Shown: positions 1 through 9,529 of the stretch, piece by piece
Layout: the number at the start of each line of letters is the position of its first letter
Numbering within the stretch: position 1 is the first letter of the stretch
NCBI RefSeq assembly: GCF_943914685.1
Contig: NZ_CALUCZ010000008.1
Location: 4,109 to 68,108 of the forward strand
DNA length: 64,000 nt
Source: an uncultured Mobiluncus sp.
GTDB lineage: Bacteria > Actinomycetota > Actinomycetes > Actinomycetales > Actinomycetaceae
Direction of reading: 5' to 3'
The notes under the pieces: model-generated
What the model saw: the letters and a program-made list of their open reading frames with translations, nothing else
What the model was told of the DNA's origin: nothing
Database searches by the model: none
Position numbers and translations under genes: made by a program

Positions 1-988
1 GCAAGGTCGCCTCTACCCGCCACCCTCCGGGGGTGGGACCAGCCTCCACGTGACCGTCATAAACCGCGGCGCGCTCGCGCATTCCAATCAGTCCTTTCCC
101 ACCGCCGGGATTAATCCCCGCCAAGGAAGTGGCGTTAAACACGACGATACGAATCCCGTTGTCCCGCACTTGTAAATCGACCTCAACCGCGGTGGAGGCG
201 GGAGCGTGACGCAAAATGTTAGTCAAAGACTCTTGCACAATCCGATAAATCGTCAGCTGCAAAGGACCGTCAGCCGGCACCTCGTCCCCGGAATAACGGT
301 ACGTAATCGGCAGGCCGGCCGCCCGGAACTGGGCAATAAGTCCATCCATTTCCGCCAAATCCGGGGAGGGAGTGAAACGGACTTCCTCTGGCGAGGACGT
401 TTGGGCGTCCGGAGAGGCGTTCGGGTCAAGGTTCTGGGGCACTTCGGTGGGTTGGCGCAGCACTCCCACCAGGCGGCGCGTATCCGCCAGCGCTGCCCGT
501 CCGGTTTCGCTCATATTGCGCAAGGCTTCCTTGGCGAGCTCGGGATTTTTGTCAATCGCGGCGGTGGCGCCATCACTCATCGCAATCAACACCGTCAGCG
601 AGTGAGCCACAATATCGTGCATTTCTCGGGCAATCCGGGCGCGTTCGTCAGCGACCGCAATCTGTTCAGACTGCTCGCGTTCCAGCTCTAACTGCCGGTT
701 GCGCAACGTCAACTCGTCCACCCGGTCTCGTCCCAACTGAACAATGCGCGCCAACAACACCGCCACCACCATCAGCAGGGTGATGACCAGCGCCATCATG
801 CCGCGAGCGGCCACGTTTTCCTGCGGTTCCAAGAAACCCGCTTGGACCACCACCAAAATGCCGACCCCGAACAGCACTACGAATGTGACCAGCAGCAACA
901 CGTTAGACACGACTCCGCGCAAGGTTTGCCGCCGAGCGGGGTCAGTTTTGCCGCCGGGGTTGCGAGGTTTCTGGCTTTCAGTCACCAA
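1..988 (-). CDS. Sensor histidine kinase, NarL-partner type (HisKA_3 + HATPase_c). Partial: the C-terminus runs off the window start.
   Basis: The reverse-complement translation of 1-988 has no stops and contains the H-box 'EMHDIVAHSLTV', N-terminal TM segments, and the ATPase end '...GKGLIGMRERAAVYDGHVEAGPTPGGWRVEATL'. TTG/GTG starts are possible at 988/985. It is missing from the ORF track because it has no in-window stop. Confidence 0.75.
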   Translation of the reverse strand, partial: MVTESQKPRNPGGKTDPARRQTLRGVVSNVLLLVTFVVLFGVGILVVVQAGFLEPQENVAARGMMALVITLLMVVAVLLARIVQLGRDRVDELTLRNRQLELEREQSEQIAVADERARIAREMHDIVAHSLTVLIAMSDGATAAIDKNPELAKEALRNMSETGRAALADTRRLVGVLRQPTEVPQNLDPNASPDAQTSSPEEVRFTPSPDLAEMDGLIAQFRAAGLPITYRYSGDEVPADGPLQLTIYRIVQESLTNILRHAPASTAVEVDLQVRDNGIRIVVFNATSLAGINPGGGKGLIGMRERAAVYDGHVEAGPTPGGWRVEATL

Positions 989-1127
989 CCTATTGTGACA
1001 CAGCTGGTTTTCCCCGGCTCCGCGACAGGGCTGCGCCCTGAGAAATCCCCCCGCAGCAGGAGGACTGTGCCGTGGCAGTATCGCGGAAATCCGCTACGAT
1101 TAAACCGTTGAGACAATAAGGAGAGAC

Positions 1128-2021
1128 ATGAGCAACCCAGTGTTTACCCGCAACAAAGTTTTTACCGAGCGTACTCCGGGAGGTTACCCGACTATGCCCG
1201 GCTACCAAGTCGGCGGCGGAGCAACCCAAACTTATCCTGGCAATGCTCCCCAAGTGAGCTACGCGCCGGAACAACCCCAGCAGTTCTCCACCCCGCAAGG
1301 CCAGGAACAATATGGCACGGTCTCTGCCAGCCGTCCCGTCACCATGGACGATGTTTTGATTAAGACGGTGCTGACTTTCGGGACCCTCCTGCTTTTTGGC
1401 GCCGGGGCTTGGGCGTTGACCGCAGCCAATCCGGGTCTGGGCATGAGCGTGGCGTTTACCTCGATGATTGTGGCCTTGGTGTTGGGTCTGGTGAACTCGT
1501 TTAAGCGCCGTCCCTCCCCGGTTCTGATTTTGGGTTACGCCGCTTTTGAGGGCCTCATGCTGGGCGGCATTTCCAGCCTGTTCGCCGCGCTTTACGACGG
1601 TGTGGTGATGAAAGCTATCGTGGCGACCCTGGTTACCACCCTGGTGATGCTGGTGCTGTTTAAGACCAAGGTGGTGCGTAACTCTCCGACCTTGATGCGG
1701 GTCGTCATGGTCGGTATGTTCTCGATTTTTGTGTTCTACCTGGGCAACTTAGTGGTCAGCCTCATCAACCCTGCCTGGTCTTTCTACGGTCCGAACGCCC
1801 CGACTATCGGTGGTTTCCCGCTGTGGATTCTCGTCAGCCTCATCGCTATCGGCCTAGCGGCGTTCTCGCTGGTCACGGACTTTGACTACATCGTTACCGC
1901 GGTCAATAACGGGGCGCCCCAGGAGACCGCCTGGACGGCCGCTTTTGGGCTCATGGTGACCTTGGTCTGGCTCTACATTGAATTCCTGCGGATTTTCGCC
2001 TACTTTGCCTCCGATAACTAG
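1128..2021 (+). CDS. Bax inhibitor-1/YccA family membrane protein with a Pro/Gln-rich N-terminus.
   Basis: 297 aa. About 7 predicted TM helices follow a P/Q/G/Y-rich N-terminal tail, the typical actinobacterial BI-1/YccA architecture. Clean ORF with upstream AGGAG. Confidence 0.75.
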   Translation: MSNPVFTRNKVFTERTPGGYPTMPGYQVGGGATQTYPGNAPQVSYAPEQPQQFSTPQGQEQYGTVSASRPVTMDDVLIKTVLTFGTLLLFGAGAWALTAANPGLGMSVAFTSMIVALVLGLVNSFKRRPSPVLILGYAAFEGLMLGGISSLFAALYDGVVMKAIVATLVTTLVMLVLFKTKVVRNSPTLMRVVMVGMFSIFVFYLGNLVVSLINPAWSFYGPNAPTIGGFPLWILVSLIAIGLAAFSLVTDFDYIVTAVNNGAPQETAWTAAFGLMVTLVWLYIEFLRIFAYFASDN

Positions 2022-2144
2022 GTTTGTGTCCCGGAGTTTCCGGCTCTGACCCGGAACGGTTTCGCGCTTTCCCCGCGGGGAGGATTCTCCTTGCCCGCCC
2101 GCAGAAGCTAGACTTAAAGAAAACGACTCACGGAATCGAGAGTA

Positions 2145-2654
2145 ATGACTGTCAATATTCGCCCGCCTGAGGTTCAGGACGCCGCCGGCATGGGGGTGGC
2201 TCATGCCCGTATGTGGCTGGCGAACTATGGCGAATTTATTGACGAAAAATACCGTTACCGCTTTGATGAGCCGACTTTGGTTGGTCAATGGCACAACCTG
2301 TTGACCTCGGATCCGGCAGGCCGCCGCATCGCTGTTGCGGTCGAGCACGGCCGGGTGGTCGGCATCGCCATGACGGTGCAGACGGTACGTAACGAGCACG
2401 TGGCCCCGCCCGCTCGGGAACGGGAAGTGTCCATGCACTACCTGATGCCGGAATACCAGGGGCAAGGCTTGGGGCGGCGCTTGTTGGAATACGTGGTTGG
2501 CCCGCAAGAACCAGCCCAGTTGTGGTTGCCCTCGGGGTATCCGGGGGAACAGCGGGCCCACCGGTTTTACCGTCGGGCCGGGTTCCTCTCGGACGGGGCA
2601 ATGACCGGCCGTGAGGTCAACTACGGGCTGACCTTGAACCGGATGGTGCGCTGA
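2145..2654 (+). CDS. GNAT family N-acetyltransferase.
   Basis: 169 aa. Acetyl-CoA binding motif 'QGQGLGRRLLE' and a C-terminal 'FYRRAGF' motif. Confidence 0.7.
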   Translation: MTVNIRPPEVQDAAGMGVAHARMWLANYGEFIDEKYRYRFDEPTLVGQWHNLLTSDPAGRRIAVAVEHGRVVGIAMTVQTVRNEHVAPPAREREVSMHYLMPEYQGQGLGRRLLEYVVGPQEPAQLWLPSGYPGEQRAHRFYRRAGFLSDGAMTGREVNYGLTLNRMVR

Positions 2655-2761
2655 GAGTTTTTCTTTTCCCCAGGTTCCCCGCTCGCCCCGCCGTGTCGCG
2701 ACGTTCCTGATGGGCAGACTGTGAAATCCTTGAAAAACAAACAACCGAAAACGGAAGTGCG

Positions 2762-4291
2762 ATGGAGAAAAAACCGTTATTGAACGCCGGAGCCGAGTTT
2801 AGACGCGGGTGGTGGCGCGAGGTCATTTCCCGGCGGGACACCCAAAATCGGGTTCCCAACTTTGACGGACTGGAACCGACTGCCCCGCCCGAAGTGGAAA
2901 ACGGCCCGAACTCGGCTTATGCCGTGTCGTGGCGGATTCGGGTGGCGGCCAGTTGGGCGTGGCGTTTCCTGGTAATCGTCGCGGCGCTAGGGCTGATTCT
3001 GTACGGAATCACGAAAGTTTCCATCATTTTCGTTCCCCTCGCGGTGGCGTTGCTGTTGACGTTGCTGCTGGAGCCGATGCATTTCCGGTTGCAAAAGTGG
3101 CATGTTCCCAAGACTTTATCCGCGGTCATTTCCCTGGTCGTGGGCGTGGGGCTGGTCGTGGCGATGGTGTGGATTGCGACCTCGCAGCTGGCTCACGGTG
3201 CGCCCGCCCTCCTGGCGAAAGCCGGGGGCGGCTTCGACAAGGCCCTAGCGTGGCTGAGTGACGGTCCCTTGGATTTGGACCAGGCGCAAATCGATAAATA
3301 TATGCAAGATCTGACCGCTCAAATCACCGCCTTTGCCACCAAGTATTCTTCCTCCATCGCGTCCTCAGCGCTGTCGGTAACTTCCTCGGTCGCCAGCGTG
3401 GTCACCACCATCTTGATTTCGCTGTTCTGTCTGTTCTTTTTCCTCAAGGACGGTCGCCAAATCTGGATCTGGCTGATTCGAATGCTGCCGGTCCCCGCCC
3501 GCGAGCCGGTTCACGAGGCGGCCATTCGCGGCTGGACCACCTTGAACGGTTACATCAGGGCGCAGGCGCTGGTGGCTTTGGTGGACTCCGTTTTTATTTC
3601 CATCGGGGCGGCGATTCTGGGCGCGGGGTCAATGACTATCCCGCTGGCTTTGCTCATTTTTATCGGTTCCTTTATCCCGATTGTTGGTGCGGTCACCACC
3701 GGGGCTATCGCCGTGCTGATTCTGCTGCTGGATAAAGGTTTCATGGCAGCCGTCATCATGTTGATTGTGATTTTGGCGGTGCAACAGATTGAGTCCAACG
3801 TGCTGCAGCCGATGTTGATGTCCAACGCGGTCAGCTTGCACCCGCTGGCGGTGCTGCTGGGAGTGACGGCAGGAACCTTCCTGGCTGGAATCATCGGGGC
3901 ATTGCTGGTGGTGCCGGTCATTGCGTTCTGTAACACCGTGGTTCTGTACCTGACCGGGCACGATTCGATGCCGGAGCTGGCTACCCGCCACGACCGTATC
4001 GGTGGAGCCCCCGGGACAGTTCACGCGCAGGTGGCCGCGTCCTATATCGGCGGCTCTAAGAAAGACACCGCGAAAGTTATGGAATCCCAGGAACTTTCCC
4101 GGCAACAGGCTAGTGCGGCCGTTTCGTCCCCGGCGGACGGCCCGCTCGGGCGGACTGGTGACGCCCTGGCCTCGTCGGACACCCCGGCTGGTGAAGACCG
4201 GGCTGGTGCAGACGGCCCGCACACCCAGACTGGTGGCCCCTCCGCAGCAAACCCCGGCGACCCGGCTTTTCCCGAAAAATCCCAACCCTAA
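2762..4291 (+). CDS. AI-2E family transporter (PerM-like) with a Pro/Ala-rich C-terminal tail.
   Basis: 509 aa. Eight or so TM helices with the AI-2E topology and a low-complexity C-terminal extension. Confidence 0.75.
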   Translation: MEKKPLLNAGAEFRRGWWREVISRRDTQNRVPNFDGLEPTAPPEVENGPNSAYAVSWRIRVAASWAWRFLVIVAALGLILYGITKVSIIFVPLAVALLLTLLLEPMHFRLQKWHVPKTLSAVISLVVGVGLVVAMVWIATSQLAHGAPALLAKAGGGFDKALAWLSDGPLDLDQAQIDKYMQDLTAQITAFATKYSSSIASSALSVTSSVASVVTTILISLFCLFFFLKDGRQIWIWLIRMLPVPAREPVHEAAIRGWTTLNGYIRAQALVALVDSVFISIGAAILGAGSMTIPLALLIFIGSFIPIVGAVTTGAIAVLILLLDKGFMAAVIMLIVILAVQQIESNVLQPMLMSNAVSLHPLAVLLGVTAGTFLAGIIGALLVVPVIAFCNTVVLYLTGHDSMPELATRHDRIGGAPGTVHAQVAASYIGGSKKDTAKVMESQELSRQQASAAVSSPADGPLGRTGDALASSDTPAGEDRAGADGPHTQTGGPSAANPGDPAFPEKSQP

Positions 4292-4465
4292 CCTTGCCCT
4301 CACCTCGCAACAGCGTCAGCCCCGCGCGGAAAGCAGTGGTGAAAATTCGCTGCCTTTTTAAATGCTTTCCCACGCCTGTATGTAACAGGAGTAAAAACGT
4401 GAGATGATAGGGGAAGTTGAGCCTGGCAGTCTGGGCTCGCTGAAGTCCCGACGATTGAGGTTGCA

Positions 4466-6115
4466 ATGTCGCTGTTTGAGTATGACCAAGGTCACCTGAT
4501 TCCGGCCCAGTTTGGCCACCCCGTAGGGCCGGAAGCCCAAGGGGAGATTCTGGATTCTGTCCGCCGTCAGGTCCTCGAAGTCATTGCTCGCCCGCTTTTT
4601 CCCGTAACCTGGAACGATATGACTGTGTCGCCGGTGTCCGGGATGCCCGGAGAATTTGCGGAACCTGGGGCGGCACCAGGGGCGGGGGTCCCCGACGCGG
4701 ACGGGACGGATTCTGGTTTTCCCCAAGAATCCCCGCGTTTGACCGCTTTGGACGGTTCCGGACAGGTCGTGCTGGTCGAAGTGGTGAATCGGCTGGATTC
4801 CAGCGGTTTAATTGCCGCTTTGGCCCGGCTCGGGGCGGTGTCGAACCTGGGGTGGAACGATTTAGCTGCCGCCTATCCCGGCGGGGTCAGCGCTTTTCGT
4901 TCCGGTTGGACCCAGTTCCGTGATGCTATGCCCCCGAACTTGGCGGCGGGGCCGCGCCTGATTTTGGTCGCCACCGAGATTGACCCCGACGTGCGCCCGG
5001 CCCTAGATGCTTTGACCCCCTCGGGACTGGAAGTCCATCACGTCAGCGTGCGCGAGATGTCCAACGGGCGCCGTTTCTTAGATGTGCAGCGGGTCGCATC
5101 CTCGCTGTTCAGCCACGATATGAACTTGTTGGCGGGCCGGGGAGCCCGCATTCCGGCGATCACCTCCGCCACCGATGCGGATATGCAAAACGCGGAATCT
5201 ATGGTGCCCGAGGTGGCTCCCGGTTCGGACGAGGTACCGAGCGTGGGCTTTGCCGATTTGGCGACCCCGATGGCGTCCGGTTCGGTTCCCACGGCGGTTG
5301 CGCCAGATAACGTGCCTGCCAGCCCGACGTCGGCGACACCCCCGGAACCGGCAGCGACCCCGGAACCGGCGGCAACCGGCCTTGAGACCCCGGCGGAAAG
5401 CCCGGCACCAGTTGACGAACCCGAGCTGCAAACCGGGTCGATTTCCCGCCACTCCATCATGGAGGCGGCCCGCGCTTCTGCGGTGTCCCCGCTGGCCGCA
5501 GGGGAGGACGAGGAACCTGTCGAGTCGCTGTTTACCACCCATCACGGCAGTCTCGCGGAAAAGGACGCCCCGTCCTTTGCAGACATTATTTCCGGAGTCG
5601 ACGCCGAGGAACCCCAGCCGTCCCATCATTCACACCGGGCTGCTGCCAGCGAACAGACCCTGGAGGCGGAGGCGCAGGCACAGGCCGAGAACGAGCCTGC
5701 CCGACCCGAGGAACCCGAACAGCCCGCCGAGTCCGCTGGCGCGACAAACGCTGGTACGGAGACTTGGGGAATGCCGGAAACCCCGGAGGTGCCCGGCGCG
5801 GACCAATCCGACGCAACCGACCTGCTGAACCGCGACCCCGCCGGTCTTGGTGTCATTGCCCAGGTAACGGGCGAGGACACGCCGCTCATTGCCCTGGTGA
5901 ACTTTGACGGAAGTGCGGCCGAAGTCAACGCTACCCTGGCGGAGCGCGGGGTCATTATCCTGGAGGGTCGCGAATTTGACGACCCCAGCGCGGCGGCCCG
6001 GGTGCTCGGCCAGGAGGTTGATGGCTGGGAGTTCTGGCACCTGGGTTTCATCGATGGCCCGACCCTCGCCGAGGCCCAAGCCGAAATCAACGCTGAAATC
6101 GAGCGCAACCGCTAA
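4466..6115 (+). CDS. Hypothetical protein with an acidic, Pro/Ala/Glu-rich low-complexity central region.
   Basis: 549-aa ORF with a structured N-terminal approx. 200 aa, an approx. 200-aa P/A/E-rich disordered linker and a conserved-looking C-terminal approx. 90 aa. I recognise no domain. The antisense ORFs here are low-complexity artefacts. Confidence 0.5.
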   Translation: MSLFEYDQGHLIPAQFGHPVGPEAQGEILDSVRRQVLEVIARPLFPVTWNDMTVSPVSGMPGEFAEPGAAPGAGVPDADGTDSGFPQESPRLTALDGSGQVVLVEVVNRLDSSGLIAALARLGAVSNLGWNDLAAAYPGGVSAFRSGWTQFRDAMPPNLAAGPRLILVATEIDPDVRPALDALTPSGLEVHHVSVREMSNGRRFLDVQRVASSLFSHDMNLLAGRGARIPAITSATDADMQNAESMVPEVAPGSDEVPSVGFADLATPMASGSVPTAVAPDNVPASPTSATPPEPAATPEPAATGLETPAESPAPVDEPELQTGSISRHSIMEAARASAVSPLAAGEDEEPVESLFTTHHGSLAEKDAPSFADIISGVDAEEPQPSHHSHRAAASEQTLEAEAQAQAENEPARPEEPEQPAESAGATNAGTETWGMPETPEVPGADQSDATDLLNRDPAGLGVIAQVTGEDTPLIALVNFDGSAAEVNATLAERGVIILEGREFDDPSAAARVLGQEVDGWEFWHLGFIDGPTLAEAQAEINAEIERNR

Positions 6116-6190
6116 ATCCCATTCCGGGAAATAATCCCCGTGTGGGGCTTTAATCCTATTAATTTGGGTTTTAGTTCTGCGTGATGGTCG

Positions 6191-6293
6191 CTCGGGGGCG
6201 CTCGCGAGAGGCGGAAGGGGGAGTACCCCCTCGCGTTTTGCGCGACTATTGTCGCAAAACGCTCACCCCCCAGCCTCTCGCTGAGTCGCCCCC
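6191..6293. other. GC-rich nested palindromic element: a long imperfect outer stem enclosing two hairpins. Lies between convergent genes.
   Basis: Outer arms ctcgggggcgctcgcgagaggc / gcctctcgctgagtcgcccccaa. Inner hairpins agggggagtaccccct and gcgttttgcgcgac-tatt-gtcgcaaaacgc. Confidence 0.3.
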
Positions 6294-6379
6294 AATGCTC
6301 CCCTCCCCGCCAGCTCCGCCGAATTCCGGTGTCTATAACTAGATTTCAGCGCTATTCAGGTGTGAAACCTGCCTCGGTA

Positions 6380-6475
6380 TCGGGGTGCGCGTGGATTAAA
6401 GGTGAAAATAGGGCAGTAGCTGCCAATAATGGCAGCTACTGCCCAAATCCCACCTTATATCCGCAACCCAGCGAG
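6380..6475. repeat. Hairpin-repeat family, copy 1. Core: GGGCAGTAGCTGCC-aataat-GGCAGCTACTGCCC (6410-6443).
   Basis: Perfect 14-bp stem with loop AATAAT. Shares the GCTGCCAATAATGGCAGC core and the downstream 'aaatcccaccttata..ccgcaaccca' flank with the copies at 30.1 and 31.6 kb. Confidence 0.5.
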
Positions 6476-6569
6476 TATCTCTTGATTTTTGGGAGCGAAC
6501 ATTCCTGGATTTCCCGAGTGTTTTCCCGGTGCCTTTTGGCTGATTCTGCGAGGAATCGCCGTGCGGGGG

Positions 6570-9515
6570 CTAGGCTTCGACGCGGGCGCTGGGGCCCAGC
6601 AGCAGGCGTGCTAGGTGAATCCCGTGGCTACCCGCCAGCTGTTCCGCCTGGGTGCGGCAACTGAAACCGTCAGCCAGGAAAATCGCGTTCGGGTGTTCGC
6701 GCAGGGCGGGCAGCAAAGCGTGTTCCGCAATCCGTTTCGACACCTCGACATGACCCCTCTCCATGCCGAAATTGCCTGCCATTCCGCAGCAACCCGCCAG
6801 TTCCACGATTTCCGCTCCGGTGGCCGCCAGTAACTTGCGGTCGTTTTCCCAGCCCAGGACGCTGTAGTGGTGGCAGTGCGGCTGGGCGACAACCTGCACG
6901 CCTCGCAAATCCGGCAGCTGCCATACGTCCGGGTTCGGGGCAGTTTCCGGGTCGCTGAGCAGCTCCGCCAAAGTGCGTGTGGCCTGAGCAATCGCCTGGG
7001 CGCGCGGGTCGTCGGGCAGTAAACGTTCCAGGTCATCGCGCAGGGTCGCGGTACAGGACGGCTCCACGCCGACAATCGGAATCCCGTTGACCGCCAGCGG
7101 CCCCAGGATCTGGCACAAGCGCCGCATATTGTGCCGGGCTTTGTCCAGCTGGCCGGTCGTCACGTAGGTCAGCCCGCAGCAGGCCTGGGGCGGAACGTAA
7201 ACCTGGTATCCCGCCGTTTCTAGCAGCTCCACCACGGCCTTGGCACCATCGGGGGCAATCCCCTCCGAGAAAGAATCCGCCCACACCGCCACCCACGGTT
7301 TAGCCTCGCTGGTGGGCCGGGTCTCCCCGCTCGCCGTCGAGGCAACGGCATTGACCTGCCCTGTAGTCTCCGGTGTCTGTTCCGTAGTGGGGGTCACAAG
7401 CCCGTTCGCTCCGGTTTGCGGTTCCGCTGCGTTTCCGCCACGGTGCTGCGCCCAGGCCCGGAATGATTCGGGGGCAAAATGCGCCATCTGACGGCTCGGA
7501 TCCAGCCCGAATAGTCGAAACACCAGGCGCCGAATCCACGCGACCCCGAAAACGCTGTTGGCCAAGCTCGCCCCGCCGGGAATCCGGCGCGCCAAACGCA
7601 GCCAGCCCGGCAGCCGCCCCAACAGGTAATGCGAACGCGGCCGCAAACTCCGTCGATAGGCCCGGTACAGCGACTCGGACTTATAAACCGCCATGTCAAT
7701 CCCGGTCGGACAGGCCGCGGAACAGGCCTTACACGCTAGACACAAATCGAGGGCTCGCAACAGGTTCGGGTCACGGAAATCTCGAATGAGTGTGCCGTTC
7801 GTGACTTCTTGCAGCACCCGAGCACGCCCACGCGTGGCGTCTTGTTCCTGTCCGGTAGCCAGGTAGCTGGGACACATCCAAGCACCGTTGGCCTGGTCCA
7901 TTGCCAAACATTTGCCAACGCCGGTGCAACGATGCACGGCCGCGGTAAAGTCCGTGTCTTTCGGAAAAGTAAAGCCTTGACCGGGCAGGGCCGGAATGAC
8001 CTCAGCTCCCGCCAGCCGCAGGTTCGCGTCCAGCGGATCGGGATCCACCAGCACCCCCGGATTCAGCAACCCGCGAGGGTCAAACAGGGCTTTGACCTGC
8101 TTAAACAAACGGATCAGCGCGGGGGAATACATCCGCGGCAACAGCTCGGAGCGAGCCCGGCCGTCCCCGTGCTCGCCCGAAAGCGAGCCGTGATGTTTCC
8201 CCACCAGGTCAGCGGCACGCTCCAGGAACTCCCGGGAACGCCCTTGTCCAGCCTCCGCTCCCAACGGCAGGTTCAACCGCACGTGCAGGCAGCCGTCCCC
8301 GAGGTGCCCATAAAGCATTCCGTCCACGTTCATTTCCCGCATCAAATCAGTGAAATCTCGCAGGTATGCCGCTAGGTTCTGGGGCGGAACCGCCGCGTCC
8401 TCCCAGCCCGGCCAGGCCGGGTCGTTACCACTGCCGTCCGGGTTCAAGGGCGTTCGCCCGCCCAACCCGGCCCCATCAGCGCGAATCCGCCAAAGTTTCG
8501 TGGCCTGCGTGGAGGGGGGCAGCACCAGGGTGGCGCGGGTGTTGGCGGCTTGTGCCAGGTCCTCGGCCCGAGCCAGGGTTGTTTCTAGATCCGCGGTGGC
8601 GCTGCCCATCTCTACCAGCAGCCAAGCGTTACCCTCCGGCAGTTCGGGCAGTTCGCCAACCCCCGGCTTGTGGGCCAAAGTGTAAACCAGACGCGAATCC
8701 ATGCCCTCCACCGCGAGGGGCGAAAAGTCGTTAATCAGCGGCACATCAGCAGCAGCGGCAATCATGTCGGGGTATCCCAGCACCACCAGCACCGGCGCGG
8801 TCGGCACGGGCACCAAACGGAGCGTGGCGCGCAGCACGCTGACCAAAGTTCCCTCGCTGCCGACCAAGAATTTCGCCAGGTCGCGCCCGTTTTCCGGCAG
8901 CAGGTGTTCCAGGGAATAACCCGAAACTTGCCGGTGAAAACGCCCGCATTCCGTGCGAATCAACGCCAGGTTTTCGTCAACTAGGCGCTGCAACCCCGGC
9001 ACCACGTCTAGCGCGCCCTCGCCCGACGCGGCGTGAAATTCCCGCCCGAAACCGTCAATAACGTCCATCGAAATGACATTGTCGGCCACGCGACCCCAGG
9101 CTTGGGCGTGCGGGCCACAGGCATTGTTGCCAATCGAACCCCCGACGGTGGCTCGCGTCCAGGTGGACGGATCAGGTCCAAATCGCAGACCAAAGGGCGC
9201 CCCGGCCTTCTGAATGGAGGCGAGTACCACCCCCGGCTCCACTGTAATCTGGTGCGCGGAGGGGTCGAGGGACAGAATCCGGTTGCAGTGGTGAGACGTA
9301 TCAATGACCAGGCCAGGACCGATAGAGTTGCCGGAACATGAGGTTCCCCGCCCACGCATCGTCAGGGGCACGCCAGCGGAGAGAGCTTCTAAAATCGTGT
9401 CGCGCAGCTCGTCTAGGTTCTCCGGTTGGGCAATCCGGTCGGGCACAATGCGATAGTTTGAGGCGTCCGAGGCGTAAATGGCCCGGTTCAGGGGGTCTTG
9501 GAGGTATTTCACCAT
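6570..9515 (-). CDS. FAD-binding oxidoreductase fused to Fe-S (CCG/GlcF-like) domains; a D-lactate/glycolate dehydrogenase-like large enzyme.
   Basis: 981 aa. N-terminal FAD-binding PCMH-type region ('GRGTSCSGNSIGPGLVIDTS', 'GGSIGNNACGPH'). Middle region with 4Fe-4S Cys clusters ('CLACKACSAACPTGIDM'). C-terminal Cys-rich CCG repeats. Confidence 0.85.
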   Translation of the reverse strand: MVKYLQDPLNRAIYASDASNYRIVPDRIAQPENLDELRDTILEALSAGVPLTMRGRGTSCSGNSIGPGLVIDTSHHCNRILSLDPSAHQITVEPGVVLASIQKAGAPFGLRFGPDPSTWTRATVGGSIGNNACGPHAQAWGRVADNVISMDVIDGFGREFHAASGEGALDVVPGLQRLVDENLALIRTECGRFHRQVSGYSLEHLLPENGRDLAKFLVGSEGTLVSVLRATLRLVPVPTAPVLVVLGYPDMIAAAADVPLINDFSPLAVEGMDSRLVYTLAHKPGVGELPELPEGNAWLLVEMGSATADLETTLARAEDLAQAANTRATLVLPPSTQATKLWRIRADGAGLGGRTPLNPDGSGNDPAWPGWEDAAVPPQNLAAYLRDFTDLMREMNVDGMLYGHLGDGCLHVRLNLPLGAEAGQGRSREFLERAADLVGKHHGSLSGEHGDGRARSELLPRMYSPALIRLFKQVKALFDPRGLLNPGVLVDPDPLDANLRLAGAEVIPALPGQGFTFPKDTDFTAAVHRCTGVGKCLAMDQANGAWMCPSYLATGQEQDATRGRARVLQEVTNGTLIRDFRDPNLLRALDLCLACKACSAACPTGIDMAVYKSESLYRAYRRSLRPRSHYLLGRLPGWLRLARRIPGGASLANSVFGVAWIRRLVFRLFGLDPSRQMAHFAPESFRAWAQHRGGNAAEPQTGANGLVTPTTEQTPETTGQVNAVASTASGETRPTSEAKPWVAVWADSFSEGIAPDGAKAVVELLETAGYQVYVPPQACCGLTYVTTGQLDKARHNMRRLCQILGPLAVNGIPIVGVEPSCTATLRDDLERLLPDDPRAQAIAQATRTLAELLSDPETAPNPDVWQLPDLRGVQVVAQPHCHHYSVLGWENDRKLLAATGAEIVELAGCCGMAGNFGMERGHVEVSKRIAEHALLPALREHPNAIFLADGFSCRTQAEQLAGSHGIHLARLLLGPSARVEA

Positions 9516-9529
9516 GGCCCTAGTGTATG

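Noticed and set aside
1854-2744. 296-aa minus-strand ORF overlapping the 3' end of the BI-1 gene and the whole GNAT gene.
   Set aside because: Antisense to two plausible genes. Arg/Pro/Gly-rich junk composition.
5078-6108. Several 150-220-aa ORFs on both strands within 5.0-6.1 kb.
   Set aside because: All lie within the Pro/Ala/Glu-rich low-complexity stretch of the 4466-6115 gene. They are Arg/Pro-rich alternative-frame artefacts.
6329-6664. +ORFs translating the hairpin repeats (6329-6664, 29840-30199, 31459-31653; they share '...AANNGSY/C.PN').
   Set aside because: The shared peptide simply reflects the shared GCTGCCAATAATGGCAGC repeat core. These ORFs overlap a tRNA and terminators, so they are not coding.
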